Shown here piece by piece: positions 41,459 through 51,797 of a stretch of 64,000 bases of DNA. The notes under the pieces were generated by a model. It was not told the origin of the DNA and made no database searches. It was given only the letters and a program-made list of their open reading frames with translations. Where the stretch lies: NCBI GenBank assembly GCA_026981825.1, contig JALSID010000163.1, forward strand, positions 6,936-70,935. The letters run 5' to 3'. The number at the start of each line of letters is the position of its first letter. The stretch's first letter is position 1. Source of the DNA: Planctomycetota bacterium. Lineage in GTDB: Bacteria > Planctomycetota > Planctomycetia > JALXBF01. The position numbers were made by a program, and so were the translations under genes.

Positions 41459-42325
41459 CTAGTCGCCAGTTTCGGGCAGCTCCACTGCTCCGGGCTTCGC
41501 CAGTAAAACGCCGTACACGTGTTCCTCGGCGTGGACCAACCCGGTTGCCACACCAGAAAGCCTTCTCCAGAAGTAGACGTCCAGATCCTGCACACTTCGC
41601 GGAAACGTGATCCGCGCCTGCAACCGGTATTCTGGCCCCCCGAACCGCCCCCGAACCGCGTACTGCTGTCCGGTTTCTGCGGACACGAACATGCCCCGCA
41701 CAATGCCTTGATCCGAAACCTGCAGCTCAAGTGTCCCGCGGAACTCTCCGTCCGCGAATAGCTTGTACCGCCCCGAATATCGGGCCGGTCCCTGCTTCGG
41801 CGTACCTGCCTCGGACGGTTCCCGCCGAGGTAGACGGTCCACGATCCACAAGCGGGCATCCCCTCGCGTTACGACCGCACAGTCGTCCGGTCTATCCCCG
41901 GAGAATCCCAGGTCCCCCCCAAAGGCAGGTGGCACAACCTGGCCGATGTCACAGTCCAGCTCCAATCCAGCAAACCACTCGATCCTTTCTCGCGACACAG
42001 CTATCCCCCCAGTTGGTCGTACCAGGGCAAAGCGCCGCACGAAAACGACCGGGAAAACCCGGTCGGCCCGCTTTCGTGCGGCGAACTGGCATTCGAGTAC
42101 CCCCCAAGCCGATTGATCCGTCTGTACGAGGAGCAAAAGGCCGCGACCCGCACCGAACGGGCTGCGCCTCGATACGGCCTGTGCGAAACTGAGCCGCTTC
42201 AGTTCCCGCGCCCCCTGGAGAAGCTGTTTCACTACCGTGGAGTCGACGTTTTCCCAGAACCCGTCGGTCGCCTGAGCCGGAACGCCCCAAAGAGCAAGAA
42301 GCGTCAAGGCGAAGGTGCTGTACAT
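41459..42325 (-). CDS. secreted hypothetical protein
   Basis: Signal peptide MYSTFALTLLALWGVPAQA; no recognisable domain. Confidence 0.6.
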   Translation of the reverse strand: MYSTFALTLLALWGVPAQATDGFWENVDSTVVKQLLQGARELKRLSFAQAVSRRSPFGAGRGLLLLVQTDQSAWGVLECQFAARKRADRVFPVVFVRRFALVRPTGGIAVSRERIEWFAGLELDCDIGQVVPPAFGGDLGFSGDRPDDCAVVTRGDARLWIVDRLPRREPSEAGTPKQGPARYSGRYKLFADGEFRGTLELQVSDQGIVRGMFVSAETGQQYAVRGRFGGPEYRLQARITFPRSVQDLDVYFWRRLSGVATGLVHAEEHVYGVLLAKPGAVELPETGD

Positions 42326-42409
42326 CGATCCGTACCCGTGCAGTTCTGCGCCCTTATCTGAAACCGCGTAATCGTACCCACGAGTCCCGCACAGTGGTGT
42401 CCCCCTTAG

Positions 42410-44233
42410 TTACGATGTGTCCCCCCGACGCCCGTCCGGACCCGTCCAGCAGAGAAGGTATACCCCCAGAACCACCGGGAACCAGCCCCAGCCGCGTGCT
42501 GCCCGAAGAACGCCGAGTACCAGATTCGCCCGGTCGGTACCCAGATAGAGCACGGGCACAGGCTCCTTGTAGAAAACCCCGCCCGGACTGGTCCAGAACA
42601 GCTCATTAACCGCTACAGGAACAGCTAACCGGACGCGATGCTCGCCCACATCGAGCTGCGCGACGTAATCGGCCCAAGTGCCCCGAGGAACCGCCCGGAT
42701 CGTTCGACCGTCCACGGTCATTTGCGCAAGCTCTCCGGACGCCAGGCGCGGCAAATGGAACGTGTAGATCCCTCGAACGGGTGCGAACACGACCAGGGTG
42801 GCCGATCGCTGCGGGGGCGACGCAACAACTCCAGCAACCCCATCGAGAATGGTCCCCCACGCGATCCCGACGACAAGGAGCACTGCACCAGCCCCCTGCC
42901 AACCGGACCAGGGGCGTCTGACCTCAACCCCACCCTGGGATTTAAGCAATACCCGCGCAGGGTAAAGCAGGCAAAGGAGGCCGATCAAAACCAGCCCTCC
43001 GGCAAGTGCAGCGCGTGGTATACGACCGGCCGATTCCGCCCTGGAGGACAGCCACCACCAGTCCGCCACCTGTCGATGAGAAATCCAGAGCGGCGACAGG
43101 GAAGGAACGAAGATGTGCTCGCTTTCGGTCGCCAATCCCGACCTCGGGCCGACCCGCTCCTCGTACGGATGCATACCGCTCGCAAAGAGCTGCAAACAGC
43201 CCAGGCCCACCAGGAGCGCTGACCAGGTTTTTCGCATGGTAGGCGTGCTATCCCAGAGGAGGGCAAGACTCAGGTGAAGGACAGGCAAGACGGGCAAAAG
43301 CAACCGCGGCCCCCAGCAGTACCCCCCATGCCATGTCCACCACCCTGCAATCAGAAACATGTAAGCAAGAACGGCCCCCAGAAGAGGACGCCACCAGATG
43401 GGGCGATAGATCGTACCGGCCAACACTCCCAAAGCGCTCAGCGGAGAAAACAGAAGCAACCCTTTCCCCGCGGAGACGGACAGCCCATAGATGCCCCGCA
43501 AGACGTCGCCTACGAACCCCTCCTCGCCGTACGAACCGGCGAATAACGGATCGCCGCGCAGGAGATTCGTAGCTGCCCAGAGCACGACACCCGCAAGAGC
43601 GCCAAAGCCGTACGCAGCCCACGCTCGAACGGCCCTGCCGCGTGCTAGAGCTGCAAAGCAGGCGAACGCCGGCGTAAGCAAGAGCAGTTCCGCACGGCAC
43701 CAGATTGCAAGTGCCCAGCAGATCGCCAGAAGTGCGGTGCTAGTTCCGCAGGACAACACCATGCAACCTGCCACAAGCGCTGCAGCCAGTGGTTGGCTGT
43801 ACAGGCTACCGGCATACGGCGTCGCAAGACTGGCAAGGCCATAACTGAAGGCGACGAACACGGCAGCCGCACGGCTTGCCCCCAAACGTGCGGCAGCGAG
43901 CATCAGACAAACCGCCGCCGCGGCTGTGGTAACGGCGTTAAGCTGATAAGCCCACACCCGAGCCACCTCACTCCCGCCCAGGACGCGACCGGTTGCATAA
44001 AGAGCTGCGGCGAGAAGGGATGGCAGTGGGCTGTATCGGCTGTACCTCCGCTCGTTCAGCGGCTCCTCGAGCTGCCACGACCTACGCTCGACCAGCGCAC
44101 GGGCGGTCTCATAGACGTGCCCCTCGTCCACGCTCGTACCATGACCTCGACTGAATGCCACTAACCAGCACAGAATGCACAGGAAAGTGCACCCGATAAG
44201 TACTCGATTCGGACGCTCCTGCCGCGTCTCCAT
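42410..44233 (-). CDS. GT-C-fold membrane glycosyltransferase (ArnT/PMT-like, family 39/83-like)
   Basis: More than 10 predicted TM helices with a conserved acidic motif in the first periplasmic loop (SVDEGH). Start at ATG 44233. Confidence 0.65.
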   Translation of the reverse strand: METRQERPNRVLIGCTFLCILCWLVAFSRGHGTSVDEGHVYETARALVERRSWQLEEPLNERRYSRYSPLPSLLAAALYATGRVLGGSEVARVWAYQLNAVTTAAAAVCLMLAAARLGASRAAAVFVAFSYGLASLATPYAGSLYSQPLAAALVAGCMVLSCGTSTALLAICWALAIWCRAELLLLTPAFACFAALARGRAVRAWAAYGFGALAGVVLWAATNLLRGDPLFAGSYGEEGFVGDVLRGIYGLSVSAGKGLLLFSPLSALGVLAGTIYRPIWWRPLLGAVLAYMFLIAGWWTWHGGYCWGPRLLLPVLPVLHLSLALLWDSTPTMRKTWSALLVGLGCLQLFASGMHPYEERVGPRSGLATESEHIFVPSLSPLWISHRQVADWWWLSSRAESAGRIPRAALAGGLVLIGLLCLLYPARVLLKSQGGVEVRRPWSGWQGAGAVLLVVGIAWGTILDGVAGVVASPPQRSATLVVFAPVRGIYTFHLPRLASGELAQMTVDGRTIRAVPRGTWADYVAQLDVGEHRVRLAVPVAVNELFWTSPGGVFYKEPVPVLYLGTDRANLVLGVLRAARGWGWFPVVLGVYLLCWTGPDGRRGDTS

Positions 44234-44459
44234 CGGATGCTCCACAATAACGAGGTACGCTGCTCGTTCGCCCGGGCTTGCTACGAGTGTATCGCGTCGC
44301 CGTGCACACCTCGGCGACCGGCGAACATCCGGCCCCGGAACAAGGGGTCTGCACCACAATACTCTGAAAGTCCCGGCAACGGGCGCGGGCCCCAGACGAC
44401 CCTGTGTAGACCGAGTAGCTTATGCCAAAGGCAACGAAGACAAAGGCTGGGCAATTGTG

Positions 44460-45401
44460 ATGCCCCCTAAACAGGAGAAGCGTTCCAAGCGGACCTCCGC
44501 GCCAAACCGCATTCTGCTTGGCGCGCACATGTCTATTGCCGGAGGGCTACACAAAGCGGTCTACCGCGGCCACGCCATTGGCTGCAATACGGTCCAGCTC
44601 TTCACCAAAAGCAACGTGCAGTGGAGGGTCCGGCCACTCACCGACGACGATGTCCGAACGTTCCGCGAAGCGGTGCACGAGACCGGCATCCGGTGCCCCA
44701 CCGCGCACGCGTCCTACCTGATCAACCTGGCGAGCCCCCAGAAGAAGCTCTACGAACAGAGCATACGCTCACTCATCGAGGAGGTCCTGCGCTGTGACGC
44801 TCTGGGCATCCCTTATCTTGTCGTTCACCCCGGTGCCCACCAGGGCTACGGCGAAGACGCGGGGTTGCGGCGGGTCAGCCAGGCGCTGGAGCGAATCCTC
44901 TCAGCGACGGCGGACGCCAGCGTGACCGTGCTGTTGGAGACGACCGCTGGTCAAGGCACGGGGTTGGGGTACCGGTTCGAGCAGCTTGCCGAGCTGCTCG
45001 ACAGGGCAACCGACGGTACCCGGCTGGGCATTTGCCTGGATACGTGCCACATGTTTGCCGCGGGGTACCGGCTCGCACCACGCCGAGCCTACGAGGAGAC
45101 CTTGGCGGCACTGGATCAGACCATTGGCCTGGACCACGTGCGGGTGATCCACCTGAACGATTCGAAGCGACCGCTCGGCTCGCGCGTCGATCGGCACGCT
45201 CACATCGGCGAGGGAATGATCGGCCTGGAGGCTTTTCGCCTCCTCATCAACGACCCCCGTTTGAATCACGTACCCATGTACCTGGAAACGCCCAAGGAAA
45301 AGCGAGAGGGGCAGGATATGGACGTGATCAACCTCTCCACCCTGCGCAGCCTGGTGGGAAAACGCCGCCTCCCCACCAAGCATCGGCGGGCAAAACCGTG
45401 A
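44460..45401 (+). CDS. nfo: deoxyribonuclease IV (endonuclease IV)
   Basis: ILLGAHMSIAGGL...HPG...; His/Asp/Glu metal ligands (HLNDSK, HAHIGEG) of the Nfo TIM barrel. Confidence 0.9.
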   Translation: MPPKQEKRSKRTSAPNRILLGAHMSIAGGLHKAVYRGHAIGCNTVQLFTKSNVQWRVRPLTDDDVRTFREAVHETGIRCPTAHASYLINLASPQKKLYEQSIRSLIEEVLRCDALGIPYLVVHPGAHQGYGEDAGLRRVSQALERILSATADASVTVLLETTAGQGTGLGYRFEQLAELLDRATDGTRLGICLDTCHMFAAGYRLAPRRAYEETLAALDQTIGLDHVRVIHLNDSKRPLGSRVDRHAHIGEGMIGLEAFRLLINDPRLNHVPMYLETPKEKREGQDMDVINLSTLRSLVGKRRLPTKHRRAKP

Positions 45402-45565
45402 AATCCTCGGCCGCCGGCCCAAGCATGGCACGGCTGATCGACGATCAACGATTCGGCGACGCACCGTGCGTGGGTTAGGATCCCGCTGCTCCCCACCGCG
45501 GGGCTGCCGACGCGGACGAACGTCACGGCATGGTCGGCACGACAACCCCAGGTGCTGCGGTGGCT

Positions 45566-45574
45566 TGCTATACT
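45566..45574 (+). promoter_or_regulatory. candidate extended -10 promoter element (TGcTATACT)
   Basis: TG-n-TATACT, 47 nt upstream of ATG 45621 in an AT-richer patch; no convincing -35. Confidence 0.25.
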
Positions 45575-45620
45575 GCTGCATAAAGGCAGAGACATGTGTA
45601 GATTAGAGCGCTAACCCGAG

Positions 45621-48600
45621 ATGGCAGCAAGAAGCGGGCGGGCAGGACGGCAAATGATGGCGACCTCTGCCGGAAGGCTGTTTAGGGAGCTCCTGGTCTG
45701 GTTTGCAACGGTACTGGGTCTTGCCGTTTGCACGGCAGGCGGTGAGCCGGTTCAAGGAAGGTCGTCGATTGATTTTGGACGCGACGTTGCACCGATCCTG
45801 CAGCAAAGGTGTCTGCGCTGTCACGGTCCGCGGCTGCAGCAGAACGGTCTGCGGCTTGATGTGCCGGAGGGGGCGTTCAAGGGCGGTCGGAGCGGACCTG
45901 CGGTGGTACCGGGAGCGCCCGAAAGGAGCCCCCTGTACCGTCGAATAACCGCTCGCGACGAAAACGAACGGATGCCCCGCAACGGTCCACCGCTGTCGGC
46001 TGCCGAAATCGCCACCATACGGCGGTGGATTGAAGAGGGGGCGATTTGGCCGCCTGGCTATACGATCGAATGGAACCCCGCGGCGGAGCACTGGGCGTAC
46101 CGACCGATCGCAAAGCCGCGGGTACGGTTACCCCGTCGAAGCACGCGGGCCCGCTCCCCCATTGACGCGTTTGTCCTTGAACGGCTGGCCGAAGCCAACA
46201 TGGAGCTCTCCCAGCCTGCCCCCCAGCCCGTGCTCCTCAGGCGGGTTTTCCTCGATCTGATCGGCATTCCCCCGTCGCCGGAGTTCGCGGCAGAGTACCT
46301 GGCCGACCGGCGACCGGATAAGTTCGACCGTCTCGTGGACCGATTGCTTGCCTCGCCTGCATTCGGTGAAAAGTGGGCCCGGTCCTGGCTGGACGCAGCT
46401 CGCTACGCGGACAGCAACGGCTACCAGGCCGACCAATACCGGGAAGTGTGGCCGTACCGCGATTGGGTCATCCGTGCGATTAACCAGGATATGCCGTTCG
46501 ATCAATTCACCATCGAACAGCTCGCCGGAGACCTCCTGCCTTCTGCGACGATTGATCAGCGCGTGGCCACCGGCTTCTCCCGCTTGACGACCTGCAATGT
46601 CGAAGCAGGTGTCGACCCTGAGGAAAACCGAGTCGAGCAGGTGGTCGATCGGGTGAACACGGTGGCCACCGTATGGCTGGGCACAACGCTGGAATGCGCA
46701 CAGTGCCACGACCACAAGTACGACCCCTTCTCCATGCGGGACTACTACAGTCTTTTCGCTTTCTTCAACAACACCCCCCTGGAAGTCGAGGGGGACGGCG
46801 TGACTTACAACTTCGTCGGCCCGAAGATGGAGCTTCCTTTGCCCCCCGAAGTGGCCCGCCAACGCGCGACGCTCCTGAAACGCCTTAAGCAGCTCCGTGG
46901 AAAGCTAGACGACTCGGTCGCTACCGCGATCGACAAACTGCGCCAGGCGGTGACAACAAGGGCAGACCCCCCCTGGACGATACTCCGACCGGTGGAGTTC
47001 TCCTCAGCGTCTGGCGTGGACGCCAAGCTGCTGGATGACGGCTCCGTGTTGGTACTCGGCGAACCCGCTGACACGGACACGTACCGTGTGCGGTTCGAAC
47101 TCCAGGCCGGGCTCGTCGGAGCGATTCGCCTGGAGGCGCTCACCCACCCAGGCTTACCGGGAATGGGCCCTGGTTTGCACAGTTCCGAGCGACCCAATTT
47201 CGTGCTGAACGAAATCCGTGTTTGGCTTCTGGTCCATGATGAGCGCATCGAGCTTCCGCTGGCCGCCGCTTCAGCGGACTATGCCGCTCCGAACTACGGC
47301 CCGGCAAAGGCCATCGACGGGAACGGCCGCACCGGTTGGGCAATCCATCCCCAGTTCGCGAAGGACCACTGGATCGAGTTGCGCCTGGGTCGGCCGTATC
47401 CGGCGCAAGAGGGGGCCATACTGGAGTGCGAGTTGGTCCAGACCCATGGGGGTGGTCGGCTTCTTGGCCGCTTCCGCGTGCTAGCCGCCCCCGCGGCGCC
47501 CGTTCGAGTGCCAAAAGCTATTGAGAACGCGCTTCGCAAAGAACCCGATCAGCGCTCGAAGCAAGAGCAGAAGCAGCTCCGTGAGTATGCCGTTCAGAAA
47601 GATCCGGAACTGGCGGAGCTTGCCAGGGAAATCGAGGAGCTGGAGAAGGAGGTCACCAAGCTCCGGCCCCCAACAACGCTCGTCATGGTTGAGCTACCGA
47701 AGCCCAGGACGACGCACATCTTGATCCGAGGCGACTACCGCACGCCGGGCGACGTGGTCAAACCGGATGTGCCGGCGATTCTGCCCCCCATGAAGGCGGA
47801 ATATCCCCGCAATCGTCTGGGGCTGGCGTTCTGGTTAGTTGATGCCCGCAATCCGCTTGTTGCACGGGTCACGGTGAACCGGTGGTGGACGGAGCTGTTT
47901 GGCAGGGGCATTGTGCCGACGCCCGGCGATTTCGGCACGCAGGGCGAGCCACCATCGCACCCCAGGCTTCTGGATTGGTTGGCAAGCGAGCTTCGCCGGC
48001 ACGGTTGGTCCAGGAAGCGCCTGCTGCGAACGATCGTGACTTCCGCGGTCTACGGCCAGGACTCGAAGATCACGCCCGAGCACCTCCGGCGCGATCCCCA
48101 GAACCGTCTGCTGTCCCGGGCACCCCGGTACCGATTGCCCGCTGAAACCATCCGTGATCAAGCTCTGGAGGTAAGCGGGTTACTCACACGCGTGATGGGT
48201 GGCCCACCGGTATATCCCCCTCAGCCCGAAGGGATCTGGCGCCATGTGGGGCGGAATGCGCCCATGTACAAAACGTCGGTGGGGCGGGACCGGTTCCGCC
48301 GGGGCATCTATGTCATTTGGCGGCGTAGTGCCCCGTACCCCTCGTTCGTGAATTTCGACGCGCCGGATCGGACGAGTTGCGTCGTCCAGCGTCCGTTGAG
48401 CAACACCCCCCTACAAGCTCTAACCCTGATGAACGACCAACAGTACGCCGAGTTCGCCTTGGGGCTGGCGTTGCGAGCAGTGCAAGCGGTTCCGGAGCAT
48501 CGGGACGAGGCCCGGATTGAGTACGCATTCCGATGCTGTCTCGTGCGATCCCCCAGTGCGACGGAGAAGTACGTGTTGCTGGAGCTCTTACGGGAGGAAC

Positions 48601-48779
48601 GGAATCGGTTGCGGGCTCAACCGATAGATGCGTTTCAGCGGCTCGAACCCCTGCTGCCCTTCGTATGGCCAGGTCGTGATGCTAGTGACCTGACGGAGGA
48701 CGAGGCCGTAGAACTCGCTTCACTCTGGGCGGTAGGCAACGTGTTGCTGAACCTGGACGAAACGATCAACCGTGAGTGA
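45621..48779 (+). CDS. PSCyt1/DUF1549/DUF1553 (planctomycete cytochrome-c domain) protein
   Basis: Signal peptide. CLRCHGP heme-binding-like PSCyt motif near the N-terminus. Long DUF1549/DUF1553 body. The CAQCHDHKYDP motif is typical of the family. Confidence 0.9.
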   Translation: MAARSGRAGRQMMATSAGRLFRELLVWFATVLGLAVCTAGGEPVQGRSSIDFGRDVAPILQQRCLRCHGPRLQQNGLRLDVPEGAFKGGRSGPAVVPGAPERSPLYRRITARDENERMPRNGPPLSAAEIATIRRWIEEGAIWPPGYTIEWNPAAEHWAYRPIAKPRVRLPRRSTRARSPIDAFVLERLAEANMELSQPAPQPVLLRRVFLDLIGIPPSPEFAAEYLADRRPDKFDRLVDRLLASPAFGEKWARSWLDAARYADSNGYQADQYREVWPYRDWVIRAINQDMPFDQFTIEQLAGDLLPSATIDQRVATGFSRLTTCNVEAGVDPEENRVEQVVDRVNTVATVWLGTTLECAQCHDHKYDPFSMRDYYSLFAFFNNTPLEVEGDGVTYNFVGPKMELPLPPEVARQRATLLKRLKQLRGKLDDSVATAIDKLRQAVTTRADPPWTILRPVEFSSASGVDAKLLDDGSVLVLGEPADTDTYRVRFELQAGLVGAIRLEALTHPGLPGMGPGLHSSERPNFVLNEIRVWLLVHDERIELPLAAASADYAAPNYGPAKAIDGNGRTGWAIHPQFAKDHWIELRLGRPYPAQEGAILECELVQTHGGGRLLGRFRVLAAPAAPVRVPKAIENALRKEPDQRSKQEQKQLREYAVQKDPELAELAREIEELEKEVTKLRPPTTLVMVELPKPRTTHILIRGDYRTPGDVVKPDVPAILPPMKAEYPRNRLGLAFWLVDARNPLVARVTVNRWWTELFGRGIVPTPGDFGTQGEPPSHPRLLDWLASELRRHGWSRKRLLRTIVTSAVYGQDSKITPEHLRRDPQNRLLSRAPRYRLPAETIRDQALEVSGLLTRVMGGPPVYPPQPEGIWRHVGRNAPMYKTSVGRDRFRRGIYVIWRRSAPYPSFVNFDAPDRTSCVVQRPLSNTPLQALTLMNDQQYAEFALGLALRAVQAVPEHRDEARIEYAFRCCLVRSPSATEKYVLLELLREERNRLRAQPIDAFQRLEPLLPFVWPGRDASDLTEDEAVELASLWAVGNVLLNLDETINRE

Positions 48780-48788
48780 TCAGGTGCC

Positions 48789-50237
48789 ATGGGAAGCGGG
48801 CGTCGTTTTCAAGCTGATGCAGAGTTGCTCACCAGGCTAACCCGGCGCGAGCTGCTCGGGCGGGTTGGCATCGGCGTAGGTCCGGTGGCGCTCACCTGGC
48901 TATTGCATCGCGAGGCGGCCGCTGCGGGGCATGCGCATCGAACGGATCCCCTACGTGCACGGCCCGCTCCGTACAGGCCCCGGGTGCGGAGCGTGATCCA
49001 CTTGCATATGGTCGGGGCACCGTCACAGCTTGACTTGTTTGACCCGAAGCCGGTCCTGCGGAAGTACGATGGCGAGCCGTGTCCGAAGGAGTTCATCGAA
49101 GGGAAGAGGTTCGCGTTTCTGCGCGGACATCCGAAACTGCTGGGCTCGCCGTTCCGCTTCCGCCCCTGCGGGGAATCTGGCATCCCGCTCTCGGAACTGC
49201 TGCCCCACCTGGGCAGCGTGGTCGACCGACTTGCCTTCGTGAAGACGGTGCGAACCTCGGAGTTCAACCACGGCCCAGCTCAGCTCTTCCTCCACACGGG
49301 GTTCCCACGTTTTGGGCGTCCCAGCATGGGGGCCTGGGTGACGTACGGCCTGGGGACCGAAAATGAAAACCTCCCCGCCTACGTGGTAATGATCACGGGC
49401 CAGAAACCAGGAGCCGGAAACGCTCTGTGGGGAGCCGGGTTCCTGCCCAGCATCTACCAGGGGGTCGAATTCCGCAGTAAGGGCGATCCTGTGCTGTTCC
49501 TCTCCAACCCGGCCGGTGTGACCCGGCAAGATAGGCGACGGATCCTGGACGCCACGGTCCGCCTCAATCGGCAGCATCTCGCGCTGGTTGGAGACCCGGA
49601 GATCCAGACACGCATCGGTCAGTACGAGCTTGCGTTTCGCATGCAGACGGCGGTCCCGGACCTCATGGACATTCGACAGGAGCCCCTGCACATCTTGAAG
49701 ATGTACGGTGCCGATCCGGCCCGCCCGTCGTTCGCGAACAACTGTCTGCTGGCGCGGCGGCTGGTAGAGCGCGGTGTTCGGTTCGTGCAACTGTTCGACC
49801 AAGGCTGGGATCACCACAGCGGCTTGGCCAAGAACCTGCCCAACAAGTGCCGCCAGGTCGACCGTCCTGTTGCGGCGTTGATCCGTGACCTCGACCAGCG
49901 GGGGCTGCTTGACGAAACCCTCGTTGTATGGGCTGCCGAGTTCGGTCGCACCCCCATGCTGCAGGGAAGCGCGTCACGAAACGCGGGTCGGGACCATCAT
50001 CGGGAAGCGTTCACGGTGTGGTTCGCAGGAGGGGGCATCCGAGGCGGTACGGTTTACGGCCAAACGGACGACCTGGGCTACTACCCGGCGGAGAATCCGG
50101 TGGACATCCATGACCTGCACGCCACCATGTTGCATCTGCTGGGGATCGACCACACGAAGTTAACCTACCGGTTCCAGGGGCGGGAGTTCCGTCTGACGGA
50201 TATCGGCGGCCGGATCATCACAGGTATCCTCGTCTGA
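48789..50237 (+). CDS. DUF1501 (sulfatase-like) protein with twin-arginine signal
   Basis: [14 protein letters not shown] Tat motif. DUF1501 core; the classic partner gene follows the DUF1549/1553 gene 10 bp downstream. Confidence 0.9.
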   Translation: MGSGRRFQADAELLTRLTRRELLGRVGIGVGPVALTWLLHREAAAAGHAHRTDPLRARPAPYRPRVRSVIHLHMVGAPSQLDLFDPKPVLRKYDGEPCPKEFIEGKRFAFLRGHPKLLGSPFRFRPCGESGIPLSELLPHLGSVVDRLAFVKTVRTSEFNHGPAQLFLHTGFPRFGRPSMGAWVTYGLGTENENLPAYVVMITGQKPGAGNALWGAGFLPSIYQGVEFRSKGDPVLFLSNPAGVTRQDRRRILDATVRLNRQHLALVGDPEIQTRIGQYELAFRMQTAVPDLMDIRQEPLHILKMYGADPARPSFANNCLLARRLVERGVRFVQLFDQGWDHHSGLAKNLPNKCRQVDRPVAALIRDLDQRGLLDETLVVWAAEFGRTPMLQGSASRNAGRDHHREAFTVWFAGGGIRGGTVYGQTDDLGYYPAENPVDIHDLHATMLHLLGIDHTKLTYRFQGREFRLTDIGGRIITGILV

Positions 50238-50352
50238 CGCCCGACCTCCTTTGGCCGCTCCAGCCGCCCCAACCGGCGAAGAAGCCGCAGCCGGAGCGTC
50301 GTAGCGACCGGATCTCGCGATTCCAAAACAACCCGATGCAGTTTGAAAGACG

Positions 50353-51705
50353 ATGACCGAAGCTGATAGTTCGATTGCCCGCACACGCGCAGCATTGCTC
50401 GCCAATGAGGTGAGCTGTGCCGAACTGGTCGAGCGATGTCTGGAGAGAATCGCGGATACCGATCGGCACGTGCAAGCCTGGTCCTACCTGGCACCGGAGG
50501 CCGCGCGCCGAGAAGGACGACGTTTGGATGAGCGGCGTTTGGCGGGGGCGGACCCTGGGCCCCTCGCCGGGGTGCTCGTGGGGGTCAAGGATGTCGTTGA
50601 CGTGGAGGGGATGCCGACCGGATGTGGGTTCGGTCCCTGGACCAACCGGATTGCGACGCAGAATGCGTGGTTGGTGGCTTGTCTCTGCAGCGCAGGCGCC
50701 GTCGTTCCCGGCAAGACCGTAACAACTCAGTTCGCCGCATTCGACCCACCACCTACCAGGAACCCGTGGAATCCAGAGCGAACGCCGGGTGGCTCGTCGA
50801 GCGGCTCGGCTGTTGCCGTTGCCGTGGGGGCCTGTCCGGCCGCCATTGGGACCCAAACCGGGGGGTCCGTGCTGCGTCCCGCCGCCTACTGCGGGGTTGT
50901 GGGGATTAAGCCTACCTACGGCACGGTCAGCCGCCGGGGAGTGTTCCCGTTCGCGGCCAGTTTGGACCACATCGGCGTGTTCGCTCGCACGGTCTACGAC
51001 GCGGCGGTTGTGCTCAACGCTATCGCTACACGTGATCCACTCCGCCCTAAGGAAGGCAGGCCGCTTCGGGCCGATCTGACCGAGTGGCCCCCACGTTCCC
51101 GGCGTCCGCTCCGTGTTGGCGTGGTGGAAGCGTTCTACCGGAACCGCTGTACGGATGAGGCATGGGATACCGTAGCAACGTCGGTTCGTTGGTTGGAAGA
51201 GGGGCCGGCGACGGTTGAACCGGTGGCGTCGCTGAGGGAAGATGAGTTCACCGACATCCTGACCCACCACCGCGTCCTCATGACCGCCGAGGCGGCCTAT
51301 GTCCATCGCAAGCTGTACAGCGCGCGCCAAGCCGATTACGCCCCCGCCATCGCGAGCGTCATCGAAGAGGGTCTAAAGACCTCCGCTCTGCGCTATCAGG
51401 AAGCTCTGGCCGCACAGCGGCGTTATCGCAGGCATATCCGGCGACAGTTCGACCGCTTCGACGTGTTGCTCACCCCCGCGACCGCATCCACGGCGCCGGA
51501 CCGCTCGACCACAGGAGACCCCGCTTTCCAGTCTCCGTGGAGCTTTCTCGGTTTCCCCGCTGTAGCTGTGCCGGTGACAATGGGGGCCGATGGACTCCCC
51601 CTGGCCGTCCAGATCGTCGCCGGTTGGCGCCAGGAAGCCGTGCTCCTGGAAGCAGCCCACAGGATCGAGCTCGGGCGCGGGCGGTTCCCGGCACCGCCGT
51701 TGTAG
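50353..51705 (+). CDS. amidase-signature family amidase (GatA-like)
   Basis: GGSSSGSAVAVAVGACPAAIGTQTGGSVLRPAAYCGVVGIKPTYG matches the amidase signature. Confidence 0.85.
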   Translation: MTEADSSIARTRAALLANEVSCAELVERCLERIADTDRHVQAWSYLAPEAARREGRRLDERRLAGADPGPLAGVLVGVKDVVDVEGMPTGCGFGPWTNRIATQNAWLVACLCSAGAVVPGKTVTTQFAAFDPPPTRNPWNPERTPGGSSSGSAVAVAVGACPAAIGTQTGGSVLRPAAYCGVVGIKPTYGTVSRRGVFPFAASLDHIGVFARTVYDAAVVLNAIATRDPLRPKEGRPLRADLTEWPPRSRRPLRVGVVEAFYRNRCTDEAWDTVATSVRWLEEGPATVEPVASLREDEFTDILTHHRVLMTAEAAYVHRKLYSARQADYAPAIASVIEEGLKTSALRYQEALAAQRRYRRHIRRQFDRFDVLLTPATASTAPDRSTTGDPAFQSPWSFLGFPAVAVPVTMGADGLPLAVQIVAGWRQEAVLLEAAHRIELGRGRFPAPPL

Positions 51706-51797
51706 CGTCCCCTCCTTCCCTCCCGGTCGTCCCACTCCCCCCTTATCCCGGGAACCAGGCCAGGCTCGCGCTCGGCGGACCTGCGGTACGGGCCAGG

